Part shown: piece by piece, positions 26,266 to 36,849 of the stretch | Numbering within the stretch: position 1 is the stretch's first letter | Layout of the letters: each line of letters starts with the position of its first letter | Source of the DNA: Podarcis vaucheri | Taxonomy: Eukaryota | Reading direction: 5' to 3' (one strand) | DNA: 64,000 bases | Assembly (NCBI GenBank): GCA_965113315.1 | Contig: OZ220365.1 | Notes under the pieces: model-generated | Database searches by the model: none | What the model saw: only the letters and a program-made list of their open reading frames with translations | What the model was told of the DNA's origin: nothing | Program-made: the position numbers and the translations under genes

Positions 26266-26453
26266 AGAGCTTTCCAAACTTTTATGTTGGTGGCACACTT
26301 TTTAGACATGCATCATTTTGTGACACAGTAATTCAGTTTTACTAGCAACCCAGAGGTTAAACTAACCCTTTCCAGGCGCAGGAGGAGCACGGTGAGCATT
26401 TGTGCAACATATCTACACAGTACAACACTCTACTGTGTCATGACATACAGTTT
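26266..26453. mobile_element. hAT-type MITE with truncated right end
   Basis: CAGAGCTTTCCAAACT left TIR and GACACA/TGTGTC subterminal motifs; right TIR stops at CAGTTT. Confidence 0.5.
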
Positions 26454-27149
26454 AGTTTTACATAAACAAGTTTAACCTCCTCCTGAGATTATGAGCTACC
26501 ACTTCCCTGCCTCCCAGCTGGGAAGAGGAGTAAGGAAGCTTCTGATTCATTAATTGATTATTCACAGGTCTCACCTAGATCTGAAATTGTGGTTAATTTT
26601 ACCAGCAGTTTGTTTCAAACAAGCAAGCTTCACACACCATGGTTTGAAATTTGCTTGTTTGAAGCTAATCATAGTTAATATTGACCAGTTTGTTTGTAGT
26701 TTTTTCATTTATTTATTATAACAACAGACAGGTTGCGGGGGGGGGGGTAATGCAAGAAAAAATAGTTTAAAAGTAGTAAGTTGTTACAATTGCTGATAAG
26801 GAACTATGGGGAAAGGAGGTATAGTTTATGATTACAAGGTCTCTAAATCAAAACAATTACAAATTTCTATTTCAGAAAAGATAAAAGTATCAATAAACTA
26901 AATTCAGACATTTACATAGACCTGTGGGATATAACACTCCAGTTTGTATATGAAATAAAATTAAACCAAATGGTGAAGAAACAGTTTTGAGCACTTTGGC
27001 ACCTGGAAATTTTTAGCTTATGTGAGATTTTTTTTTTAAATAACGCTGATTTACCAAGTCTTGACATAGTCTAATAGTTCAGATTATTGAAATCAAAGGT
27101 CTTCCCAAACTTGGCAGTTCTGGCCTAGGCTGCAGCTGAAAGATGTGAG

Positions 27150-27516
27150 TGTTGAATGGTTTCTTTAAATGTAAAGGTTCATCATTGTTCCACTCCATGT
27201 GTATGTCTTTAAGGGGCCAGAGCAAGGGCCAGAGCAAAATAACGAGACCCAGCTTTACAGCTGTGAAACATAGCAGGTGCTGCTCAGTTGTACTGATTAA
27301 ACTGTCAGCAATTGGGTGTAGTATATAAGGAGCAGCACCTAGCTCTCCCATTACCCTGGGGGATGGGTTGGTGGTTGGGTCTGTTTTGTTGATGTATTTA
27401 GTGCCTAATGAGTTTTTGTTATTAAAACCTTGTTTAAGTTATTTTTGAGTCCCTTTTTAATGCATGGTCTCCCCAGCAAGCTCTCTGCAGCGTTACTATA
27501 CTGCAAATAGCCAACA
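27150..27516 (+). mobile_element. Solo LTR, 367 bp
   Basis: TGTTG...CAACA ends; perfect 5-bp TSD GTGAG; TATATAA near 27322; ATTAAA at 27421. Confidence 0.8.
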
Positions 27517-28277
27517 GTGAGATCAGTTCCTTGTTATTCAGATCTTGACCCAAATTTACAAATTCAAAAGAGTCAAACAAGGGGAGGGGATGAATTGTTT
27601 GCCTGGTTATGCGTGAGATCTCGGAAAATACTTTTGTCCAGAACGCCTTTATCTAGTTGCAGTTTCAGCACATGTGTTGGTAGGTCCCAGTATCCTGGCA
27701 GAGTAGCATAGTGTGGTCTGTAAAACAGTTGAAAGAAGAAATGTAACGATTATATAGGGAAGTTGTTAGTACTGTATGTGGGTTGTGTTTTTTTCTACAC
27801 AGATAGTTTCAGTTAATTGATCAGTGGGGTGAAATTTTGGCAGAGAGCTTAAAATGGAAGGACACTTTTTATATTACAGAAATAGGGAAAATATTTTCAT
27901 TTAATACACAGTGGTAGAATTTTGCTTAAATTCTAATATGTCTCCAGAATCCTACAAAGTCACTTATACTGAGGTTTGGGTAATATGCAAAATTATTTAG
28001 ATGTAAAAGACAGATGGTTGATCAACTAAAACATTTAAATGGTTGGTAATTCTAATAACAATTCATACCTTACTGTAAAAATAGACCGAGTGTTTCAACA
28101 GCATTTCTTGCAAAAACCATATGTCCAACCGTAATCAGTGGCTTGGATCCAAATATTCTTATGCTTGCGCAAAATCGCTTTTATCTGTGCACTGGTCTCT
28201 TTCAGTAATAATTCATATTTTTTATATTTCTGAAAAGTTTACCGGCAAAATAACTTCTGTTTTATCACAACTTGTAG

Positions 28278-28385
28278 AAAGAAGCCTGGCAGGACCACAA
28301 ACGGGAATGCAAGTGTATTAAGAGCATTGAGCCTAACTTCCCCCCAGACTCAGTGAGGCTTGTTGGCAGGATCATTTTCAAACTG
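28278..28385 (+). CDS. SMYD3: SMYD3 coding exon (human exon 3 equivalent), end of the MYND finger
   Basis: TAG| ... |GTAAGT; 108 nt; KEAWQDHKRECKCIKSIEPNFPPDSVRLVGRIIFKL. Confidence 0.96.
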
Positions 28386-28733
28386 GTAAGTAAACTTTCT
28401 ACCTGCGATTGATCCTTGCAAAGGTGTCTGCCCTGACTGTGGCTGAGGAGGCCTATATTTCACAGAGTTGTTATTGATTCATAATAGCTCTTCTTGGGGA
28501 GAGGCTAGGATAAGAACTGTCCGCCCAAGTTTCCCTATGCTCCTTGCCGAAGCAAATTTCCTTCCCTGCCAGTGAGAGCCTGGCATATTAATGACCTCGA
28601 GCAGAACTTCTTGAATTGACTGCCTACGTAGTTCAGTGTGGATGTAGGTAGCTTCTGTTCATGTTGCATTATCCTCTTCAATTGGCAGCAGGGATGAAAC
28701 TTTTGTGCCATCACTTACTCGACTTTTAAGATA

Positions 28734-28952
28734 AAGGTAAAGGGACCCTTGATCATTAGGTCCAGTTGTGGCCGACTCTGTGGTTGCGGCGCTCATCTCA
28801 CTTTATTGGCCGAGGAAGCCGGCATACAGCTTCTGGGTCATGTGGCCAGCATGACTAAGCCACTTCTGGTGAACCAGAAGCAGCGCACGGAAACACCGTT
28901 TACCTTCCCGCCAGAGCGGTACCTATTTATCTACTTGCACTTTGACATGCTT
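28734..28952 (-). mobile_element. 5'-truncated Sauria SINE
   Basis: 3' half of the SINE with AAGGTAAAGG tail; perfect 15-bp TSD TCGACTTTTAAGATA. Confidence 0.9.
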
Positions 28953-29714
28953 TCGACTTTTAAGATACATGCATGCAAAAAGGCAGAGCACTGTCACATT
29001 TGTTTGAACTGCTTTTGGATTTATTACAAATGTATCCTTAAGCACTGGGATGGAAATGCAGAAGCAGAAGGACAGACTATACTTCAGAAGAATAAATTCA
29101 TAAGTAATATATGTCATAAAATGCAAGCAAGTTGCACCAGAATAGTAATTTGAGTAAGCAGCATTGAAGTCCTGACTGAATCAAACTGGAATTTGTGTAC
29201 TTAGTGCTGGCTTCAGAGTTTAGTCCTTAGCTTGATCTTAGATGAATCCAGAAGTTGTATATTTACTCATATGTAGTTTCAAAATTTTCACAGCTCAGAT
29301 CTCTGTGGCTCATCGTCTGACATCAGTTTCAAGGGGGCTTCTTTTGCACATGTTCACAAATGTTCACAAATGTTGCATATCAGTAAAATAAATAACTTGT
29401 GTCAGTGAATGAATTCAAAAAGGTTTGTAACAGCCACCTCAGTTGTGCTTGACTCAGTGTGGAACTCAGTGGAACATATGGGTGAAAAGTGTTCTGCGAA
29501 GCAAGGTGTGAAAATCAAGAGAATAAGAATAAATGAGTTGTAACTTACAACAAAATGCTACTAATGTTTTCACAAACATGAACAAGAACGGATTAATGCT
29601 AATGATTGCTCTTTTAGTGCTATACATAAAGTATTAAAAGAATGATTAAAAATTGAGTTAATGATTTAGTCTGCCATCCTTTTAATTCATTATTATTATT
29701 ATTATACTCACCAG

Positions 29715-29772
29715 TTAAGACAATCAACATGTCCATCTGAAGAGCTCTACTCCCTTTTTGATCTTCAGTCAA
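29715..29772 (+). CDS. SMYD3: SMYD3 coding exon (human exon 4 equivalent)
   Basis: CAG| ... |GTAAGT; 58 nt; LRQSTCPSEELYSLFDLQS(N); phases fit both neighbours. Confidence 0.93.
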
Positions 29773-30320
29773 GTAAGTAGACGTTAGCCATACTTTTTTG
29801 TAAAAGCTTCCCATGTTTACTGTGTAGCATCCTGAGATTTAACTTCCTCTTGGAACTTAAATCTTGACTCGGCTAAGTAACACCTGAGAAGAGCTCGAAG
29901 GATTGTTTTTCGAGTTTGTGTTTTTGTTTTTTTATGCTAACTAATATGTTTTCATTTTTGGGTTGTACAGTGCTTTTGGATTTAATTTCAGAATTGATCT
30001 AGAAGAAAAATACAGACAATTGGAAATCAAAGAACAAATGTTTCCGGCATTGCGGATTAGCAGCTCTTCTGTATTGGAATCCATTTATTCACTCTGCCAT
30101 TGGCATCTGGTTGTCCTCTATGAGAATAGGATGATGGACTAGTTGTGCCTTTGGCCTGATCCAGCAGGACTGCTCATACGTAGATTACTCTAATATTTTG
30201 CGAGCTTCTTGGTAGCTTGTTCCATCACCTTCCTGAGGATGCCCTATACTACTTTCAGCCACGGTTGAATGATGGGCTGATGAAGGATTTTTAGGAATAT
30301 ATAATCAGTACACATTATTA

Positions 30321-30827
30321 AAATGGTACCTTGGTTCTCAAATTTAATCCGTTCCGGAAGTCCGTTCGAAAACCAAAGCGTTCCAGACCAAGGCGTACTT
30401 TCCCATAGAAAGTAATGCACAATGGATTAATCCGTTCCAGACTTTTAAAAACAGCCCATAAAACAGCAATTTAACATGAATTTTACTATCTAACGAGACC
30501 ATTGATCCATAAAATGAAAGCAATAAACAATGTACTGCAGTCACACAGTCAATCAATCAATAGCTGAACTGGGTTCCACACAGTCACAAAAATGGGGGGG
30601 GGAAGCCCCCCCAAACAAAAACGCAAAATAAATAGCAAAAACAGACAGATCTCAGCGTAGCTCTCAGAATGGAAGCGTGGCACTCAAATCTGAAGCGTAA
30701 CACTCAAAACGGAGCATGTTCGGCTTCCAAAAAAGGTTGCAAACCGGAACACTTACTGCTGGGTTTGCAGCATTCAGGTTTCAAGTTGTTTGACTACTAA
30801 GCCATTCGAGAACCCAAGGTACCACTG
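30321..30827. mobile_element. Tc1/mariner (Tigger-like) non-autonomous element
   Basis: TA-AAATGGTACCTTGGTTCTC ... GAGAACCCAAGGTACCACTG-TA. Confidence 0.85.
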
Positions 30828-33548
30828 TATTACTATTAGTATTATCGACAGTAGTAGGTTTTTTTTTTTATCACCTTTCTGTCCACAAGAGCCCCCCATG
30901 GTAACATCTTATTACAATCCAAAGATCATTGACCTGATTTTAACTTATTTCCAAATAAGCATGCTTAAAATTGCACCACAAAGGTAGTATTCACAGGTGG
31001 GATTTAAATCATTTTATTTTTTCCTGCATCTGCCTAGAAATGTCCGTTTTATTTAAAAGCAAGTTTTCTTCTTCTTTCTATCCTGCTTCCGCAATATTCA
31101 CCATCATATGCACAGATGGTGGGAATGGGGCTCAGTGGTCCTTTTAGTATAACATGTGAAAAAAGGGGCTGCATACACTATTCATAGCCATACTTCTTGC
31201 AGCGTTTCATCTTCCCGGAAATGGAACAATTTAAATTTTCTAAACCCCAGAAAATTAAAACAATTTGTTTACTCAATATCATTTCACTTTTTACTTCCTT
31301 TGTCTTCAGTGTGAGATGGGAAAGTTAGCTCCTGATCGCTTGCTGTGAAAACTCTTATGGGACAATTTTTCTCAGACAATGTTTAATTCTGACATCTTGG
31401 CCAGATTCCAGTCTGGATAATTGCCCTCTGTTTTTTGATTCTCTAAATTCTCCCCAAAGTTTTGGATGGATATATTATTCTTGTTTGCATCTGTCCTGAA
31501 CTGAAATGTCCCCCACATTGCATTCTTAAACGGTTGCTACTCTCCATCCCAGAGGTGGTTTTGCTTCAGCGATGGGTGAAGTTAATACTGTCTGCCTGTC
31601 TCTGAAATAAATCAATAAATTCTGCAATGTGCATTGTGCTCCTTTGGGCTGAATAGGTTCTTAAAAATATATATTATATCCTGTTCTTAAAATGTAAAAA
31701 CGGAAGGAAAGAGGACCATGGGGCCACTTCCAGGGGAAAGCTGTAATACAAGCACACAAATGTAGTAGCACTGCATTTCCCTGGGCGTGTATAGTTCTTT
31801 GCACTTTCTTACGGCTTCCCCCTTCTATAGACAGTGAAGTGGGGGAACTGGAAACCTTCCTTCCTAACCTTTTTACAAAGCAGCCTACAATATCAGTGTC
31901 TCTGGATATTTTGGATCCCTTTTGCATAATACTCCAGGGTGGCTGATCTTTGGAAATTGTGGACCCACTCCATTTAAATGCAGCACTCTTGAGATTCCTT
32001 ACGCTCAATAGAGCTCTATCCCACTGGTTAGGAGGAACAGGAGGTCTGTGGCGTTCTCCCCAATCCACATCCAGCCTTCCCTTCTGATCCAGTGCCAGTG
32101 CATGAGTAACTTGCACCAAACAGTGGGAGAGAGCTGAATGGGGGTATACAAGGCGCAAACATAATGTGTGCAGGATCATGCACACTGTTAATTTTTCTGT
32201 GTCATTAGATCTGGAAGCAATTCTGGAGCTCTGTTATTAGTTAGTATAACTGTACATAAGTAAATTAGTTGGTTCTTTCCCACGGCCGGTCACCCCTGCA
32301 GTGTTTTAAATGGTGGACATAATTTTGCACCTTTCTTCATAAGATTTGGGAGGAACTACAGTTTACGTTTTTTTAGCTGTGAGTGGTAAAGAAGCTGAAG
32401 AAAAAAACATATTCTTATACCTTAAATGACAAAGATTTCTTTCAGTAGTATGGTAAAGAATTCTTTTCACTAGACATTTATGCTCGATTGCCAAGTGGTT
32501 TCCTACACACTTGAAACCTTGTGCGCCTTTTCTGACTTTAAAAGCATCCTTGGACTAATGTACAATTACTGTAATATCTAGTTTGGCTCAAAGACACTTG
32601 GTTTCTTGTTTCCAGATTCAGTACCACAGAAATCATAACATGTAAATAATTTATCAGATCAGCTTTCATTTTCCCCCTGGCCTAATAACTTGGTTTCCAA
32701 TAAAATGTGGACCACTATGAATAAACTATGCATGGATATTATATTTTTGATTTGGACCATGTCAGTTAAGATGTGGTTAGAAGGTTGCAGATTCTTTTAA
32801 ACCAGTGGAAGCTGGATTCCTGCCCTGACTTCCCTGGGAGCCAGTCTAGGGTTGGGTGACATTCCTCAATACAGTGGGCTTGGGGCTGAGGGGGGGAAGG
32901 GGAGAATACCCCCAAATTGGGCAGATAATTTTTCCTAGTGGGGCTCCTGCTCATTGAAGGTGTCTCTGTCTGATTTTTTTGAAACCCCCACTTTCACCTC
33001 AGCCCCCTGCATCACAGTGACCTTCTAACCAACAGTGAAAGGTTTTCGGCTGATGGGTGAAAAGGTTCCTAAAGGGAAGAGTGGGCTTCTACTAGTTCCA
33101 TTCTTTGGGCTTTTCTCTGGATCTCTGTTAATACTCGCCATATTACCTGTCATATTTAGAGATAAACATCCAATATATTCTTATTACATGAATGTGCATT
33201 TTTATAGGCTTTGAATTCCAGCCTTCCATAATTTTATTAAGCTCTTCTAAGGTGTTATCCCCATTGTGTATTATAAACAGGTAGCTTTAAATAGTATTTT
33301 CTGAGAACTGATTTGAAGAATGAAATCAACCCAAGTCCTCTTCTGGGTGACACAAAACAGACAATCCAGCCACCTGCTTTGCTATTTTACAAATCTTCGG
33401 ACATCTTTTAGTTCCAGGCTTTTGAGCTATCATTCACACAACATTTGCAGAGTTTGGCAACAATACCTGATGGTGAGAGGTAGCAATCAACAAATAAAAT
33501 GGTACTATGCCTCACATTTTGTATCTTTGGTGTTGGAAATATATAGAC

Positions 33549-33685
33549 CAGGGTTTCCCAAACTTGGGTCTTGAGCTGTTTTTGGACTACAATTCCCATC
33601 ATTCCTGACCACTGGTCCTGCTAGCTAGGGATGATGGGAGTTGTAGTCCAAAAAACAGCTTGAGCCCTGAGTTTGGGAAACCCTG
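33549..33685. mobile_element. Palindromic hAT-type MITE
   Basis: TIRs CAGGGTTTCCCAAACT / AGTTTGGGAAACCCTG; 8-bp TSD ATATAGAC/ATCTAGAG (2 mismatches). Confidence 0.88.
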
Positions 33686-33774
33686 ATCTAGAGTGCAAAT
33701 CTGCCATTGGGCAGACATGAAGATGTTGGTGGAAGTTTCTGTTCACCCTTTGCTTTATGTTGCCTCCTCTAAAG

Positions 33775-33911
33775 ATTTTGACAAGTTAAGTGAAGAAATG
33801 AAAGATGGTCTTGGGCACCTTTCAAGGACTCTGCAGTTGTATCTGAAAGTGGAGATCCAAGAAGCTTCTCAGCTGCCACCTGCTCTAGATATTCTTCAGA
33901 CCTTCGCAAAA
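33775..33911 (+). CDS. SMYD3: SMYD3 coding exon (human exon 5 equivalent), I-SET region
   Basis: AAG| ... |GTAAGT; 137 nt; (N)FDKLSEEMKDGLGHLSRTLQLYLKVEIQEASQLPPALDILQTFAK versus recalled human ..EEIQDASQLPPAFDLFEAFAK. Confidence 0.95.
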
Positions 33912-34029
33912 GTAAGTGTTAAAACTGGATTCCTGGCAGTTCTATCATTTCCCATGTCCTTAATTTTTCTGTTTCATGCAAAACCATAATATATTGCCAT
34001 ATGTCAGCGTGAACAGTAAATGTTATGTT

Positions 34030-34300
34030 CCACGATGATAGCATAAAATGCTGATATTGAAAAATGACTTGGAACGATTAGAGACAAATTCTATCCACCA
34101 TAAGGTGTTGCTTTCTGGAAAAATGATCTTATGGTTTATGCTTTGCATTTTTCTTTTGAAACCTGTATATTTCTGCCGAATAAAATCTGTTTGGCAGATA
34201 CGTTTATATTTTGTGTTTTTTCTCATGTTGATATATGATGATATGTTCCACAATATATCGGTGAGTTCCAGAATTAGCTACGTCTGGCCATTTCCCCCCT
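34030..34300 (-). mobile_element. Possible highly degraded L1 endonuclease-domain remnant
   Basis: Minus strand resembles a frameshifted 'SFFS..H.TY.RID' region; weak. Confidence 0.3.
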
Positions 34301-35459
34301 TGATAAACCATCTGACACATATTTATTATAGGCAAACACTACTATCCTTGCAGTTGCCCACTTTGGGCCTTAGTTGAAGAGATGGCTTCCTAGAATAGTT
34401 TGGGGATCTTTTTTATAATAGCCATTCATTTTTCGTTCTTCGGGCTGACTGCGCTGCAGAAGTTTCCTGGTGTGGTTGGCCTCTTAAAGCATTACTGATT
34501 TAGCCTTTTTGAGTAGCCCTTCTTTGGTGGGAAATTTCCTGAGATCTGGCCTGTGGGGAATTTCCCACAGCTGTTGGGAAGTCCATGTGGCCAGGCAGTG
34601 GAAACGGAAGCAGGAGCGCGAGGGTCCACAACCATAGCCCCCCTGGGGAGGAGCGATGAGCAGCTATTTCAGAGTATCTATTTATATCTGGTTATTGGAT
34701 ATAATCAAATCAAAATTGACAGTATGCTCTAAAATGGGCAACTGGTTAATCTTTTAATGATTTTTTTTAAAGAGTAACTTTTACTAACAAATTCTCAAAA
34801 CTACTGCTAATTTTATAATTCTCATTATTTTGCAACAACTGATAAGTTGAAATAAGTAGGAACACTGCCATTAATTTATTAGATTTTTTTCAGTGTTTTA
34901 AGAAAATTCTATTTCAGTGATGGCTTAGAGTTTAGTAACTTCTATTACATATTCCTGGCTTGTTGTTTTTTCAGTCTATAAATTGCAGTCTTTATTTGAG
35001 AGTGCAAAGTAGATACGTATAATTTAATCCTGAAATATTAATGTCCTGGGATTTAGTAGTTACATAATCATAATAAAACTGATGGAATGAGGTGTGAGTC
35101 ATATTTCATCCACAAAAGTTGTGGGAGGAATTCAACATTCAGCTATGTTCCATGTACTGTCAGTGCAAGCATTTCAGCTTGTCAGATGAAACAGTCTCTC
35201 CCCCCCCCCGTCATTATAGCAGGAGATATATATGTGGAAGAAGGGCCTATGTATTTCAGGAGCATTGTTTTGTGGGGTGCAGTGTATGGGTGAAACATTA
35301 TGCCCAAGTATATCACTTTACTATCCTCCATTGGAATGAATGAGAAAATGTAAAGAGGTGTGTTCCTTTAGAGTTTGGCTTAAACTACTCCTAGTGACAA
35401 ATGGTCAGTTTTCCCCTCCAACCCCACTCCAAATATTTCCTACCTTACAGTTTACTGTA

Positions 35460-36096
35460 TGTTATGTACTGAAGTTCTCACCCTGGGCCAGCAGGGGGAT
35501 ACTGTAGATAGTTCAGGTCCACATATACAGTGGTGCCCCGCAAGACGAATGCCTCGCAATACAAAAAACTCGCTAGACGAAAGGTTTTTCCGTTCGCGAT
35601 TTGCCTCGCAAGACGAATTTCCCCTATGGGCTTGCTTCGCAAGACGAAAACGTCTCGCGACTTTGTTTCCTTTCCTTTTTCCCTTCAGTTTTTGAACTGC
35701 TCTTTACAGTATGTGTGACTTTAAAGAGCAGTTAATAAACTGTTGTTGTACCAAATTTGGCTTTGTTTTGACTTTTTTTGACCATAGGAACGCATTAATT
35801 GATTTTCAATGCATTCCTATGGGATTTCGTGCTTCGCAAGACGAAAAATTCGCTAGACGACAAAAATTGCGGAATGAATTAATTTCGTCTTGCGGGGCAC
35901 CACTGTACAAATAAGGGATCGAAAGTGGCGGTCAGTGATTGGATAGTTACAGAAATGGTTACAGTTACGTTGTACTGGAGCTCTATATAAGCAGGCTGGC
36001 TGAACCCTTCAGTTCAGTTCTCTTCTGGCCTCTGAATAAACAAGAGCTGTTTAAAGAATCGCCGTGTCGTCTGATATGTTCACCCACAACCTAACA
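35460..36096 (+). mobile_element. Solo LTR (same family as 19873-20136) interrupted by a MITE
   Basis: TG...CA ends, perfect TSD CTGTA; colinear with the first copy once 35528-35905 is removed. Confidence 0.92.
35528..35905. mobile_element. Tc1/mariner (Tigger-like) MITE nested in the LTR
   Basis: TIRs CAGTGGTGCCCCGCAAGACGAA / TTCGTCTTGCGGGGCACCACTG; TA TSD. Confidence 0.93.
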
Positions 36097-36212
36097 CTGT
36101 ATACTTTAGAACTCAGTGGGATCCACTGAGAACTGTGCTAACTATCTGCATAGCCCCACCCTCGATTCAATTTCTGGGTGTAAAAGAAAGATGAAAACAG
36201 CTTTTACATATA

Positions 36213-36454
36213 CAGTGGTACCTTGCTTCTTGAACTTAATCTGTTTTGGGAGTCTGTTCAATTCCCGAAACCATTCAAAAACCAAGGCACGGCTTCTGAT
36301 TGGCTGCACTAGCTTCCTGCACTCAAGCGGAAGCTGTATCGGGTGTTCGGCTTACGAAAAACGTTTGCAAACTGGAACACTTACTTCCAGGTTTGCGGCG
36401 TTCGGCAGCCAATTTGTTTTGCAACTGAGCGATTTGGGAATCAAGGTTTGACTG
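36213..36454. mobile_element. Tc1/mariner (Tigger-like) MITE
   Basis: TA-CAGTGGTACCTTG ... CAAGGTTTGACTG-TA. Confidence 0.82.
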
Positions 36455-36633
36455 TAATTTGATGTGTCTAGGTTGTCACTTGTTGAGATGCATCTGTTGT
36501 GTTTTAACTATTTTCCAGGTTTTCTTCTTGCTATTTAAACACCGAGTTGATATAATTTTATTAAGCATAATATTCTGATAAAAATGATTTGTGTGTAGCT
36601 ATGGAAGTCAACCTTAATGAATTTCATTTTTCC

Positions 36634-36849
36634 AGTTACAGATAGGTAGCCGTGTTGGTCTGCCATAGTCAAAATAAAAAAATTCCTTCCAGTAGCACCT
36701 TAAAGACCAACTAAGTTAGTTCTTGGTATGAGCTTTCGTGTGCATGCACACTTCTTGTATCTGAAGAAGTGTGCATGCACACGAAAGCTCATACCAAGAA
36801 CTAACTTAGTTGGTCTTTAAGGTGCTACTGGAAGGAATTTTTTTATTTT
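36634..36849. mobile_element. Penelope-like element remnant: inverted pseudo-LTR pair forming a perfect palindrome
   Basis: Arms 36671-36756 and 36764-36849 are exact reverse complements (86 bp, 7-nt loop); typical PLE end motifs GGTAGCCGTGTTGGTCTG, GCACCTTAAAGAC, CACGAAAGCTCA. Confidence 0.85.
36757..36794 (+). ncRNA. Minimal type I hammerhead ribozyme motif (Penelope-type)
   Basis: GTAT-CTGAAGA-A-GTGTGCATGCACAC-GAAA-GCTC-ATAC: conserved CUGANGA and GAAA boxes, helix I GTAT/ATAC, helix II GTGTG/CACAC, palindromic AGCT helix III, CUC cleavage triplet. Confidence 0.72.

Noticed and set aside
31661-32185. 174-aa minus-strand ORF in intron 4
   Set aside because: No recognisable homology; may be decayed repeat sequence.
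19873-36096. One provirus bounded by the two similar LTRs
   Set aside because: Each LTR has its own complete TSD; the interior is host exons and introns with no gag/pol.
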